Positions 8,190-17,891 are shown, counted from the stretch's first letter. The stretch is DNA of 64,000 nt from a virus (IMGVR_UViG_3300031994_000064:1-64000), one strand, 5' to 3'. The notes: generated by a model from the letters alone, not told the origin. Translations and numbers: made by a program.

Positions 8190-8531
8190 ATGGAAAGAAA
8201 CGATTTTAGAGAACTCGTGTACGATGCCATTTGCACCGTCACGGACAGCGAAACCGCCAACATCAAGGCAGACCTCGCGGCCGACTTGCGCGAGGAAATG
8301 TTATCAAGAGTGGTTGAGTTTGAGTTTATCAAGAAAGACGGCTCGACCCGACACGCTTACGGGACAATCTGCCCCGACTTTCTGCCGCAAGTTGAGAGTG
8401 ATGGCAACCCGAAGAAAGCACCTTCCGCACCGAACTATTCTTGTTTTCGGTATTATGACACCGAGAAGCAAGCGTGGAGAGCGTTTTCGGTTGTTAACCT
8501 CGTCTCTTTTGAGAAAGGAGGCGAGCAATGA
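8190..8531 (+). CDS. SH3 beta-barrel / WYL_2 (DUF2693-like) protein
   Basis: VEFEFIKKDGSTRHAYGT...YYDTEKQAWRAF motif. Confidence 0.75.
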   Translation: MERNDFRELVYDAICTVTDSETANIKADLAADLREEMLSRVVEFEFIKKDGSTRHAYGTICPDFLPQVESDGNPKKAPSAPNYSCFRYYDTEKQAWRAFSVVNLVSFEKGGEQ

Positions 8532-8752
8532 AGTATTGTCATATATCTGTATATTGGAACGACCTCAAAGGCGTTTGGCAAATCTTGGGGTTCAAGGAAG
8601 AAAATTCTGACATCTTTGATGTTCTTGCCGAGGTTTACAAACCGGACATTGAGCATGAGGACTTTTACGTTGAATATAAGAAAGAAGATGCAGAAACACT
8701 TGTTTCGGAAGAAATCGAAAAAATAAAATGCGGCTATTACATTGAATTTTAA
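8528..8752 (+). CDS. Small acidic hypothetical protein
   Basis: ORF track; ATGA coupling. Confidence 0.65.
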   Translation: MKYCHISVYWNDLKGVWQILGFKEENSDIFDVLAEVYKPDIEHEDFYVEYKKEDAETLVSEEIEKIKCGYYIEF

Positions 8753-8792
8753 CTAAAAGTTGCGCACGACACGGATTAAGTGCATATTTTTA

Positions 8793-8954
8793 ATGGATAA
8801 CAAAAAAATGTTAGAAGAATTTGAAAAATTGACGAAACCTTTGAACGAATGGTTGCAAAAAAACGGGAACCCTCATCAGCAAATCGTCATTTCGTTTGAC
8901 GGCGCAGAACTTGTCGAGGGTGTAATTTGCGTTCCGTTTCAAGTGAATGATTAA
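8793..8954 (+). CDS. Small phage hypothetical protein
   Basis: Internal ATG (MDNKKMLEEFEKLTKPLNEWL). Confidence 0.6.
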   Translation: MDNKKMLEEFEKLTKPLNEWLQKNGNPHQQIVISFDGAELVEGVICVPFQVND

Positions 8955-8967
8955 AAAAATATTCAAT

Positions 8968-9246
8968 ATGGTAGAAAACGTAGAAATTATCAGAACAGAA
9001 ATGGAGCGTCTGAACAAGGGCATTCGGACGCTCGCCGAAGAAATCGGCACAAGCACCGCCACCATCGTCAAAGCCCGCGATGGGAAGAACGTGACCACCG
9101 ACACTTTGGCGGCGGTCGCAGAGGCACTTGGGCTGAAAGTTGTAATCGTCAAGGTCGAGAACGCCGATGTCAAAGCGTATCAACGCAAAAAGCCCGTAAA
9201 GAGAAGAAGGGCGAAGAAAATCCCCGTGCCGAGAATAAACAAGTAA
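8968..9246 (+). CDS. XRE/Cro-like helix-turn-helix regulator
   Basis: IRTLAEEIGTSTATIVKARDG...TLAAVAEALG pattern. Confidence 0.75.
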   Translation: MVENVEIIRTEMERLNKGIRTLAEEIGTSTATIVKARDGKNVTTDTLAAVAEALGLKVVIVKVENADVKAYQRKKPVKRRRAKKIPVPRINK

Positions 9247-9275
9247 ACAATCACTAAACACCAAAAAAAATCATT

Positions 9276-10109
9276 ATGGAAAAACAAACAATCACCACAA
9301 AGGTTGAGACAATCTCACCGAACACCGCGATGACTTACCTCAAAAACGCGGGAAAAAACCGAAAGTTATCGGAGAAAAAAGTGCAGGACTACGCCAAGCA
9401 GATGACCGATGGCGAGTGGGTGCTGAACGGTGAACCCATCATCTTCGGCAAGTCCGGCAACCTCATTGACGGGCAGCACAGACTTCGTGCGGTCATCTAT
9501 GCAAACGCAAGAGTGCAAATGCTTGTCGTGCGCGGAGTCAACGATGAATACTTTGACAGCATTGACAGCGGAAAGTCACGTTCTCTGCAAGACGTGTTTT
9601 CTTGCAAAGATATTGCCAACTCTCAGTTGATTTCTTCCGTTGTGAAGAAATTCTACATCATGTGCAATAACCCGAATGCGTGCTTTTTCCGTGATTACAG
9701 CAAAGCAACAGCGAGCAGAAAGAAGATGCTTGAAATATACCACCGACACGCACAAACATTTGATTTTGCCGCTCAATTCGGGGCGAATATGTACGCGAAA
9801 AAGCGGCTTGCGTCACCCGCAAACATAGGCGCGATTTACGCATACTTGATGATTGTCAAAGAACACGAGCAAGAAAAGATTGAAGAGTTTTTCTGGTTCT
9901 TGTTCGGCAACAAAGATTATGCTATAATACCCGCTTATTCTGCATCGCTTGAAGTGAGAAACCGCATCATATCCGCAGCACTTTCTGGAAAGAAATTCGA
10001 GCCGAAGACATTGCAAAATATGTTCGCTATTGCTTGGAACTCTTTCATTGAAGTCAAAGAGGTAAAAAGGCTGAACGTCAGCAACGAGGAAATCATTGAG
10101 TTTTTATAA
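9276..10109 (+). CDS. ParB/Srx-like N-terminal domain protein
   Basis: NRKLS...GEPIIF...LIDGQHRLRAV motif. Confidence 0.75.
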   Translation: MEKQTITTKVETISPNTAMTYLKNAGKNRKLSEKKVQDYAKQMTDGEWVLNGEPIIFGKSGNLIDGQHRLRAVIYANARVQMLVVRGVNDEYFDSIDSGKSRSLQDVFSCKDIANSQLISSVVKKFYIMCNNPNACFFRDYSKATASRKKMLEIYHRHAQTFDFAAQFGANMYAKKRLASPANIGAIYAYLMIVKEHEQEKIEEFFWFLFGNKDYAIIPAYSASLEVRNRIISAALSGKKFEPKTLQNMFAIAWNSFIEVKEVKRLNVSNEEIIEFL

Positions 10110-10130
10110 CAAATCAAACAACAAATCATT

Positions 10131-11813
10131 ATGAAAAACATCCAATTAAAGTCAATCTCCCTCAAAGAATGGAAGGGCAGAAACATCAACATTGATTTCA
10201 ACCAAGACCAGCCGACAACCATCACCGGCAGAAACGGCATTGGCAAAACGAGCGTTATGAAAGCGTTCTTGTGGCTGCTGACAGGTCGCACGGACGCGAA
10301 CGGCAAAATCAACAGCGAGTTGTTCGACAACCGCGTTGAACTGTCGCCCGACACTCCGCTTGCAGTTGTAACAGCCACCATCGACATAGATGGTATTGAA
10401 CACACTTTGGCGCGTTCTGCCGAAGCAAAATTCACTCGCAAGAAAGGCGAGATTGAACCGACAAAAGCAGACTCCGACAAGTACACTTTCAGCGTTGACG
10501 GTCTGCCGTACACCGCCACCGACTACAACGGATGGATTTCAGCGCAAATCTGCAACGTGGACTTGCTGCCGACCTGCATTCTCGGCGAGACGTTCAGCAA
10601 CTTTACAGAGAACGACAGAAAGAAAGCCCGCGAGGTGCTGACAAACCTCATCGGCGAAATGCAGCCGAAGGCAAGCAAATATCACGAAATCGAAGAGGAT
10701 TTGTCAATGCACAAGCCCGATGATTTGGTCAAGCTGCTCAACACCAACATCAAGGCTGCGACCGAGGAGCTGAACCAAGTACCCGTCAAAATCGGGGTAC
10801 ACCGAGAAAACCTCAACCTTCTCAAAGAGGCTGACGATAACGAAGATGCCGATTACGATGCGCAAATCAACGATATCTGCAACCAGCTTTACAAAGCCCG
10901 CGAGAAAATGAACGGCAAAAAAAACGAGGCTAACGAGACGAACAGAAACGCGCAAGAACTTTCCGAAAAGAAGCGCAACTTGCAAAAGCAATCTGACGAG
11001 GCGCAGAGAGAGTGTGAAGAGTGGATGACAAAGCAGAGCGAATACGAGCGCAACATTGAAACGCTCACCGCCGTTGTCGAAAACGGCAAATCCGCCTGCC
11101 CTACTTGCGGCACGATGCTTGACCTCTCGGAAGATGAGTTGAACGAAAAGAAAGAGCAACTTGACTGCTACAAAGAGCAGCTGAACATCATCCACGAAAA
11201 GGTGATGGACAAAGACGCTCTTGCCTACAACCTCGAAAAAGAGGCGAACGCGATTGTTGTGCCGGAGTTCGTCACACCCGACACCACTGAAGAGCAGAAC
11301 GAAATCCAACGCTTGAACGATTTGCTTGCCGATGCGAAAGTCAAGAAAGCAGAGCAAGACGGTCGCAAGCAGCGCATCGCAGCAGAAGAGTCCGCCATCG
11401 AGGCTCTTGAAAACTCGCGCAAAGAATACGGCAGCAAACTTGCCGAGTGGGAGCGTAAGAAAATTGAGCTCGACAAATACGTTCAAGACGCTGCAAATAT
11501 GCTTTCCGAAGCAGTAAACGGCAATCTGAAAGACACAAAGATTCAGATGTTCGAGACGCAGAAAAACGGCGAGCAGAAGCCGTCTTGCATCATCACCGAC
11601 AAGCAAGGCGTGAAATACTCCACGCTGAATTTTTCTGCAAGAATGCTCTGCAACGTGGAAATTGCACGTATGTTCTGTCGCCTGCTTGACGTGAACCTGC
11701 CGTGTTTTGTTGATGAGTGCAGCGTGTTCGACAGCAATCACCTTCCGACCATTGACGGAACGCAAATGATTTACATGCGCTGTTCTGACGACCAAAAACT
11801 TGTTGTGTTATGA
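10131..11813 (+). CDS. SMC/Rad50-like ABC ATPase (recombination)
   Basis: Walker A GRNGIGKT, long coiled coil with CPTC zinc hook, Walker B/D-loop FVDECSVFD. Confidence 0.85.
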   Translation: MKNIQLKSISLKEWKGRNINIDFNQDQPTTITGRNGIGKTSVMKAFLWLLTGRTDANGKINSELFDNRVELSPDTPLAVVTATIDIDGIEHTLARSAEAKFTRKKGEIEPTKADSDKYTFSVDGLPYTATDYNGWISAQICNVDLLPTCILGETFSNFTENDRKKAREVLTNLIGEMQPKASKYHEIEEDLSMHKPDDLVKLLNTNIKAATEELNQVPVKIGVHRENLNLLKEADDNEDADYDAQINDICNQLYKAREKMNGKKNEANETNRNAQELSEKKRNLQKQSDEAQRECEEWMTKQSEYERNIETLTAVVENGKSACPTCGTMLDLSEDELNEKKEQLDCYKEQLNIIHEKVMDKDALAYNLEKEANAIVVPEFVTPDTTEEQNEIQRLNDLLADAKVKKAEQDGRKQRIAAEESAIEALENSRKEYGSKLAEWERKKIELDKYVQDAANMLSEAVNGNLKDTKIQMFETQKNGEQKPSCIITDKQGVKYSTLNFSARMLCNVEIARMFCRLLDVNLPCFVDECSVFDSNHLPTIDGTQMIYMRCSDDQKLVVL

Positions 11814-12073
11814 ATTTAATCGAAGAAATAGTAAAGAATCCACAAGCAGTTCAAATTGTAAGATGTAATCATCGTTTTTCTCTTGAAGAACAGTTGAATG
11901 TATATTCATATCCTAAATTAAAGCGAGAAATATATAGAGATATAACAAAAAGGATTGCAAGTTACTTAGTAAAAAACAATTTGATTATGTTTGATGAGGA
12001 AGAAAATAACGGAGAGACAACAATTCATGCAAAATTGTACGTAATTGATTCAAACAAAATAAAAAAAGAATAA
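11810..12073 (+). CDS. Hypothetical protein (87 aa)
   Basis: ORF track; coupled start. Confidence 0.65.
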   Translation: MNLIEEIVKNPQAVQIVRCNHRFSLEEQLNVYSYPKLKREIYRDITKRIASYLVKNNLIMFDEEENNGETTIHAKLYVIDSNKIKKE

Positions 12074-12075
12074 TT

Positions 12076-12465
12076 ATGGAAGAAAAAACAATAGCTGAAA
12101 CAAGGCTTTATGACTTGTTCGACAAAGACATTGAAGATATTGCCGACTATATTCAGACAGGCAGACAGTTCTGGATATACAACGAGCAGGAAAAATCTCA
12201 CAAACTAATTGAAATCACGTATGTAAGGGCGAATGTTGCTTTTTACAAACAAGTGGGTTTTATTGAAGAGAAAGCGTTTTTCAAAAACTCCGCCGGTGCT
12301 TGTTTTCTTTACCCTCGCCATATTTTTGTTGACGATGTTGTAAAACACGTCTTAAAGAGAGGCGGGTTTGAAAATTACGGCGAAGCGTATCAGTCCGTTT
12401 ACACGTTTTTAAGAAAGTATCCGTTAGACGTTCCATACGGGTGCGAAATCGACATTATAGTCTAA
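12076..12465 (+). CDS. Hypothetical protein (129 aa)
   Basis: ORF track. Confidence 0.7.
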   Translation: MEEKTIAETRLYDLFDKDIEDIADYIQTGRQFWIYNEQEKSHKLIEITYVRANVAFYKQVGFIEEKAFFKNSAGACFLYPRHIFVDDVVKHVLKRGGFENYGEAYQSVYTFLRKYPLDVPYGCEIDIIV

Positions 12466-12476
12466 ACCAAAAAATT

Positions 12477-12565
12477 ATGATTGACAACGTAAATTTATAT
12501 CACGGAGACTGTCTCGAATCAACGAGGCAGTAATCAAAAAATCATCAGAAATACAATTTGAGTAA
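12477..12565 (+). pseudogene. Deletion scar of a DNA methyltransferase gene (N- and C-termini fused)
   Basis: Frame 1 gives MIDNVNLYHGDCLE, a typical N4/N6-MTase start; the overlapping frame gives RINEAVIKKSSEIQFE-stop, a typical MTase end; the catalytic core is absent. Confidence 0.65.
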
Positions 12566-12627
12566 TCCCTGCCTTTTTGTCAGCCGTCAGCATTCTGGCG
12601 GATTTTTTTAACAAAAACAAACAAGTT

Positions 12628-13113
12628 ATGAAAAACAGTTTTGAAGCATTCAAAAGATGTGTTTACGAATACTATTGTAAGCATGAGAACAGTCCGATGA
12701 GCAAAGAAGATTTTGCCAAATCGGTTGTTGACTACAAAGAAAGAGCCGACAAATACCTTGTATATCTCGGATACTCAAAGAAAGACAAAGAGCACAAAAA
12801 GATTATCTACGTCGGAACAACAATTCAGCACCCGATGTCAAGATGGTATTACCATTCCATTCACGGGAAAGACCTTGATTTTGTTGAGTATAAGCGTTTT
12901 GACAACGAAAATGATATGCTTGACCTTGAGTTTGAACTTATCAAAAAGCACAAGCCTTCGTTAAACAAGATTACAAAACGAAAGCAAAATTTTAACGTGG
13001 AATTGACAGAGGATGTGTTAGAACAGCGAAAAGGAGACGAGCAGTGGTGTCAGTGTTGCCTCAAACGCCGCGTGAACAAAGGTTATCGTTATTGCTATTG
13101 GTGCTCTAAATAG
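12628..13113 (+). CDS. GIY-YIG nuclease with C-terminal Cys4 zinc finger
   Basis: YLVY...IIYVGTT...MSRW...LEFELIKKHKPSLN; CQCC...CYWC. Confidence 0.75.
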   Translation: MKNSFEAFKRCVYEYYCKHENSPMSKEDFAKSVVDYKERADKYLVYLGYSKKDKEHKKIIYVGTTIQHPMSRWYYHSIHGKDLDFVEYKRFDNENDMLDLEFELIKKHKPSLNKITKRKQNFNVELTEDVLEQRKGDEQWCQCCLKRRVNKGYRYCYWCSK

Positions 13114-13196
13114 CCTTATTTCAGCCGTTCTTGTTTTTTTCGGTATCGTTAGCCGTCTGAAAGAAAACAACGCGAAATTCGGGCGGTTTTGAGGCT

Positions 13197-14126
13197 CTAC
13201 GGCAATTCTATCTTGAAATAGTCTTCAAGCATTTGTTTCGCGCTGCTTTCAGAAAAAAGCGAAGACCTGCCGTATTTGCGCTGATAGACCGCGTAAGATT
13301 CGCAAAACACGTTGTGAATGAATAAATGATAGATAGAATCGAATTTCTGATGAGAAGATGTGTTCGGTCTGTTCTCCCACCACACCTTTCCGTGTTTGAT
13401 ATAAGCCTTGACAAAAGCAGGATGCGCTTTGAAATCCTCAATAAGAAGCCTTTGTGACTGCAACACACAGCAAATACATCCCAGCCTTTGTTTAGGGTCA
13501 AAACAACCGTTTTTGTCGTAATAAAGTCGGTGGCATTGTATTTTCTCTTGCTCTACAAACTCTTTGACATCATCGTCAGTCCAATCAAGAATCGGAAGAA
13601 ACACCTCGACCTTGTTTTTCTTGTTACCTCCGTACACTCGACAAATCTGCGGCTCTTTGTACAACTTTGCTCTCTTTTTCGATTCTGAAACACGAATGCC
13701 GTGAACTGCCGTGTCAAGCACCTTGTATTCTTTAAGATTAGAACAGCAAAATCGTGCGCGTCTTGTCGGAAAGCCGCTTTGCTCAATCAAAGAAAAAAAT
13801 GATTTTTGTGGTTCTAATATTACCGCTTTGTTTTCAATGCAGTGTCGTAATGTTCCTGCCTCGTCTATTGTTGTTCTCTTGTGTATGGCTCTATGTTTTA
13901 TACCAGCCATCTGTGCAAGGCGCAAAATCACGTCTGAATCTTTGCCGCCAGAGTAAGATATTTCCACTAAATTATTGTCAATCAGTGTTTTCTGCCACCC
14001 CCCGTCAGTATTCCAAGCGGGTGTGTTTACCTCAACCATCTTCGATTCTTTTGTTGCAGCTTGCTGCTCGGCGGTTTTCAGCAACTTTATCGCCGTATCT
14101 ACTTTCTGTATCAGTGTTTTGCTCAT
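13197..14126 (-). CDS. PAPS/APS reductase family (PP-loop) protein
   Basis: SYSGGKDS PP-loop, RFCC and GCICC Cys motifs, VHGIRVSES, PILDWTDDDV. Confidence 0.85.
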   Translation of the reverse strand: MSKTLIQKVDTAIKLLKTAEQQAATKESKMVEVNTPAWNTDGGWQKTLIDNNLVEISYSGGKDSDVILRLAQMAGIKHRAIHKRTTIDEAGTLRHCIENKAVILEPQKSFFSLIEQSGFPTRRARFCCSNLKEYKVLDTAVHGIRVSESKKRAKLYKEPQICRVYGGNKKNKVEVFLPILDWTDDDVKEFVEQEKIQCHRLYYDKNGCFDPKQRLGCICCVLQSQRLLIEDFKAHPAFVKAYIKHGKVWWENRPNTSSHQKFDSIYHLFIHNVFCESYAVYQRKYGRSSLFSESSAKQMLEDYFKIELP

Positions 14127-14132
14127 AAATAT

Positions 14133-14726
14133 CTATTGCTTTGATTTCTTTCTGTTAAACAAGATTATAGTAAGTGCTTCTTCAAGTTTGTTCTTGTCGG
14201 CGGCCACGCTGTTCTGTATTCTGTGCGTTTCCATTTTGTAAGAAGCAAAAGCATCATCCCGCAAATAATCTTTTCTTTGATTTCTTACGTTTTCGTGTGA
14301 ACTTCCGTCCACCTCTATCAACACCCTTAATGCGGGTATATAAAAATCTGCAAAAAAGATTTGACCGTCAAGCACAAATGGTGCTTGGTGTATAAACTCT
14401 ACACCTTTGTCCTTTAATGCTTTGTAAACGGCTTTTTCGTACTTGTTAGCCTTTTCTCTAAGCTCATACATGGTATGCTCTATCCAATCTTTTTGAGCTT
14501 TGCATATTGGCAATCTTCCCAAATAGTTGTAGTCCATAATTATGTCTTTGTGCGACAACGGCACTTCTTGGTAGCCGCTAACCTCTTTTATGAACTTTTT
14601 TTTTCTTTCTTTCTTTTCTTTGTCACGCTCTATTTTTGCAAGGCGTTCTTCTTCTGTTAATTCGCCCCAAGATTTTTTGGTGCTTTTTTGTGGACTAATA
14701 TATTTTTTATGTCTTTGTAATGCCAT
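14133..14726 (-). CDS. DUF559 / Vsr-like endonuclease domain protein
   Basis: FADFYIPALRVLIEVDGSSH...D..RD motif after a basic N-terminus. Confidence 0.8.
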   Translation of the reverse strand: MALQRHKKYISPQKSTKKSWGELTEEERLAKIERDKEKKERKKKFIKEVSGYQEVPLSHKDIIMDYNYLGRLPICKAQKDWIEHTMYELREKANKYEKAVYKALKDKGVEFIHQAPFVLDGQIFFADFYIPALRVLIEVDGSSHENVRNQRKDYLRDDAFASYKMETHRIQNSVAADKNKLEEALTIILFNRKKSKQ

Positions 14727-14746
14727 AGCAACTAAAAAAATATTGA

Positions 14747-15661
14747 TTAAGCGCAAATACCGACAAACTTGCCACCGTTCTCTATATACTGTCGGTTTTC
14801 GTACTCTAACTGTACCAGCAATTTATCTTTGGGTGCGCGGTAGTTGTCGTATCTCAACATAGGAATGTCATAAGGATTATATACATAAGTATTAGCCAAT
14901 ATCTTATAAGAGTATAGAGTATCAGTATCAGAGTAATATACGTAGAACTGACAATTATCCCTAACACAATGTATCAGCTTTTTCAAACTGCCGACAAAAC
15001 GACTTGCGTTTTTGTAAACATCGCGGTGTCTGTTCGGCTCTTTGCGAAATATTTTTGCCTTTTCGCAAATCTTTATGTATTTTGACACGTAACTTTTCGA
15101 TATCCCGAACCTTGCGGCGAGCGTTTCGTATGTCACACCGTTGTCATAGAACTCGTCAATATCAAAACCAAGAGAACGTGAGCGTCGGATTGACTGTTTA
15201 TGTTCTTTTTTGTCGTGCGGGTTTTTGATTTTGCACTTCAATTCCATAACATACCCGATGGCACGCATCGTAGCGGAGAAGATATACTTGGCAAATTCTA
15301 TTGCAGCGGCTCTTATACTTGCGTAGTCGCTAAATTCGATGATAAAATTGCGTTCTTTCCTTTTGCTTTTGAGAGTCTTGAAATGGAGCGTATTGTTTTC
15401 AACTGTTGCAAGACCAAAGTGCATGAGCGTGTCAACATAATGCCCGACCGTTTCGCGGTGGAGGAAAACGCCGTAGAGTTTCTTGTAGATTTCCCTTACC
15501 TTGTACTTGCTGTACTTGTTGATGGTATGGTAGCCGTTTGCAAGCATACGCGAAGAAAACACCATCGCGTTCGTCAGGTCAATGATAGACACACCATTAA
15601 AGAGCTTGTCTTTGTCAAGCCCCAATCTGTGCACCAAATGCTTTGACATCTTTACTTCCAT
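14747..15661 (-). CDS. Basic HTH-containing protein, candidate replication initiator
   Basis: YETLAARFGISKSYVSKYI HTH-like segment; first gene of the leftward operon. Function inferred. Confidence 0.55.
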   Translation of the reverse strand: MEVKMSKHLVHRLGLDKDKLFNGVSIIDLTNAMVFSSRMLANGYHTINKYSKYKVREIYKKLYGVFLHRETVGHYVDTLMHFGLATVENNTLHFKTLKSKRKERNFIIEFSDYASIRAAAIEFAKYIFSATMRAIGYVMELKCKIKNPHDKKEHKQSIRRSRSLGFDIDEFYDNGVTYETLAARFGISKSYVSKYIKICEKAKIFRKEPNRHRDVYKNASRFVGSLKKLIHCVRDNCQFYVYYSDTDTLYSYKILANTYVYNPYDIPMLRYDNYRAPKDKLLVQLEYENRQYIENGGKFVGICA

Positions 15662-15681
15662 ACTCGAATGTTTTAAAACCA

Positions 15682-15860
15682 AACGCCCCGCAACGAGTGT
15701 CGCGGAGCGTTCTTTTACTCGAACCTTGCCACCCCTCGGTTAAGAGGGGCGAAAGCAGACGCAAGGTGTATGAACATTTGAGTATATTTCTATCCTAAAC
15801 TGTTATCATTTCACGGTACGGCTGCTTTTCCGTTACTCGTCAAAAGACGCGGCAAAGATA
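15682..15860 (-). promoter_or_regulatory. Promoter (TATCTTTG 15853-15860) plus structured attenuator-like leader
   Basis: Nested hairpin 15724-15766, then hairpin 15682-15711 followed by TGGTTTT on the minus strand. Confidence 0.55.
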
Positions 15861-15988
15861 CACTTTTTTCGTAAAGTCTGCGAAAAAAAGTGAGATTTTT
15901 TGAAAAAAATTTTTCATCGTTTCGCAACTTACTGAAAACCAATAAGAAAAAATTTTCACGCTGCTGTGTTTTGTTTTTATAAAAATGT

Positions 15989-15996
15989 TATATTTG
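15989..15996 (+). promoter_or_regulatory. Bacteroidota sigma -7 element (TATATTTG), divergent partner of 15853
   Basis: Consensus match upstream of 16040. Confidence 0.65.
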
Positions 15997-16039
15997 CAGC
16001 ATCAAACATTAAGTTAATAACCAATTAAATTTATCAATT

Positions 16040-16261
16040 ATGGAAAAATTTTATTTTACTTTCGGCATCGGGCAGTCTTTGCTCGCCAACCGATACATCG
16101 AAATCGAGGCGGAAAACTACGAAGCCGCCCGCGAAATCATGGTAGAATCCTTCGGCACAAAATGGGCGTTCTCGTACAACGAGAAAGAGTGGACTGAAAA
16201 GAACCTCTCCGGCAAGTACGGTCTTGTCAAACTTAACGTGAACGAATTTTGGAAGGAGTAG
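16040..16261 (+). CDS. Small phage hypothetical protein
   Basis: MEKFYFTFG...WAFSY; ORF track. Confidence 0.7.
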   Translation: MEKFYFTFGIGQSLLANRYIEIEAENYEAAREIMVESFGTKWAFSYNEKEWTEKNLSGKYGLVKLNVNEFWKE

Positions 16262-16304
16262 TTATGGATGATAAAACAGAGAAACATCTTAAAAATGAAA
16301 TAAT

Positions 16305-16724
16305 ATGGATGCTAATAAATTTCAGTTAGGAGATTGGTGTTTATATGGAAAGAGATATGGCATAATTCAAAAAATCTCCAATAATAGTGCGTGTGTTCTT
16401 GTTAATACTGGAGTTCAAGATGAAATCATCGTTGAAACATGGGACAACATAGACTCTGTAAAGTTGACACAAGACATATTAGAGAAAAACGGGTTTATTG
16501 AAATAGCAGAAGATATTTACAAATGTTGTGTCGGCGAAGTATATATTGAAATAGGTATTTACAAACCAATGTTTATCTATATTGGAGCGCGTGTGATTAC
16601 ACCAGAAGAAGTGTATGATACAGACATTTCTTCAATTACAAAAGCCAACGGTGGCGATTTTTTTGTTCACGACTTGCAGAACGCATTGAGATTGTGCGGA
16701 ATTGACAAAAAAATAAAACTTTAA
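16305..16724 (+). CDS. Phage hypothetical protein (139 aa)
   Basis: FQLGDW...LTQDILEKNGF...FVHDLQNALRLCGI, a recurrent Bacteroidota phage pattern. Confidence 0.7.
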   Translation: MDANKFQLGDWCLYGKRYGIIQKISNNSACVLVNTGVQDEIIVETWDNIDSVKLTQDILEKNGFIEIAEDIYKCCVGEVYIEIGIYKPMFIYIGARVITPEEVYDTDISSITKANGGDFFVHDLQNALRLCGIDKKIKL

Positions 16725-16762
16725 GTTACTGCGATAGTTTATTCACTTAAAAATCTGATATA

Positions 16763-16954
16763 ATGGTTATAGCAACAAGAAGAATGTCGTTTCAAATAGC
16801 AGAAAGTGATTTTGATGTGACAACAGAGTGTAAAAAGTTTGACGATAATGCAACTATTTCGGAGATAAAAAGATGGTATGAAGAAGGAAATAAAAAATAT
16901 CACTTTTATGCAAGTTCAGAGATTTGTATTCATTTTGTGAATGATAACGAGTAA
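16763..16954 (+). CDS. Small hypothetical protein
   Basis: ORF track; TTCACT leader. Confidence 0.55.
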   Translation: MVIATRRMSFQIAESDFDVTTECKKFDDNATISEIKRWYEEGNKKYHFYASSEICIHFVNDNE

Positions 16955-16967
16955 TATAACAAAAAAT

Positions 16968-17213
16968 ATGGAAAAAGCGAGATTCAAAGAAGCGAAAAAG
17001 CAAGTTGAAATCATTGACGCTTGCGAATATATCTTGGACGTTGATATTGACTACGCAGATATAAAAGACTCTTTCGCCCATTTAGTAGCAAACAAAGACC
17101 CGAATGGGCTGATTTTGAAACTTCTTTGGACAGACAAGCACGTCCAGCGTTCTTTCCTGCGCTGGGTAGAGAACGAGAAAGCAATCGCGGAACAGAAATT
17201 CAAAGAAATATGA
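16968..17213 (+). CDS. Small hypothetical protein
   Basis: Internal ATG (MEKARFKEAKK). Confidence 0.65.
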   Translation: MEKARFKEAKKQVEIIDACEYILDVDIDYADIKDSFAHLVANKDPNGLILKLLWTDKHVQRSFLRWVENEKAIAEQKFKEI

Positions 17214-17386
17214 CGATAGAGTTTATACACCGACTTAACGTACTTACATCGCAGTGGCTTTACCACGAGCAGGAATTGCGCCGAGATTCTGACGAAAAAT
17301 ATCACAAAAAAGAACAAAGAAAGATTGAAAAACTTATAAAACAACTTATCAACGCTATAAAGACGGATTCTACGTCCGAAAAATAA
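17210..17386 (+). CDS. Small hypothetical protein
   Basis: Internal ATG with ATGA coupling. Confidence 0.55.
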   Translation: MTIEFIHRLNVLTSQWLYHEQELRRDSDEKYHKKEQRKIEKLIKQLINAIKTDSTSEK

Positions 17387-17410
17387 TTATTCACCTTAAA
17401 ATTAAAAAAA

Positions 17411-17845
17411 ATGGAAGAAATTCAAGAAGATTATCAAGTTAAAAGAATGAGAGAAGAAAGAAAGCTGAAAAGACAAACCGCGTTTTTTGTGTTTGGCGCA
17501 ATATTCCTGTTTTTGGCGGTTTTGGTCTCAATGTTTGTGTTTTTGCCAAAGTACAATGTCTGGCGTTCTGAATTAAAAGGCAAAGCGGAATTTGTTCGGG
17601 CAGAACAAAACAGACAAATCAAGATAGAGGAGGCAAAAGCCAACCTTGAATCCGAAAAACTGAACGCCAAGGCGGAGGTTGAACGCGCAAAAGGCGCGGC
17701 AGAGGCAATCAAAATTGAAAACGGTCAGCTTACCACAACCTACATCCAATATCTTTGGGTGCGCCAACAAAGCAACAACCAAATTCAAAAAATCGTGTAC
17801 ATTCCGACAGAGGCAAGTATGCCTATTTTAGAGGCAAAGAAATAA
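17411..17845 (+). CDS. Single-TM membrane protein with coiled coil (SPFH-C-terminal-like)
   Basis: TM segment FFVFGAIFLFLAVLVSMFVFL then an Ala/Glu/Lys-rich helix. Confidence 0.7.
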   Translation: MEEIQEDYQVKRMREERKLKRQTAFFVFGAIFLFLAVLVSMFVFLPKYNVWRSELKGKAEFVRAEQNRQIKIEEAKANLESEKLNAKAEVERAKGAAEAIKIENGQLTTTYIQYLWVRQQSNNQIQKIVYIPTEASMPILEAKK

Positions 17846-17883
17846 TTTTTTTTCAAACCTATTCAGTATATCAGAAAATTTTG

Positions 17884-17891
17884 TATCTTTG
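17884..17891 (+). promoter_or_regulatory. Bacteroidota sigma -7 element (TATCTTTG)
   Basis: Consensus match upstream of 17945. Confidence 0.65.
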
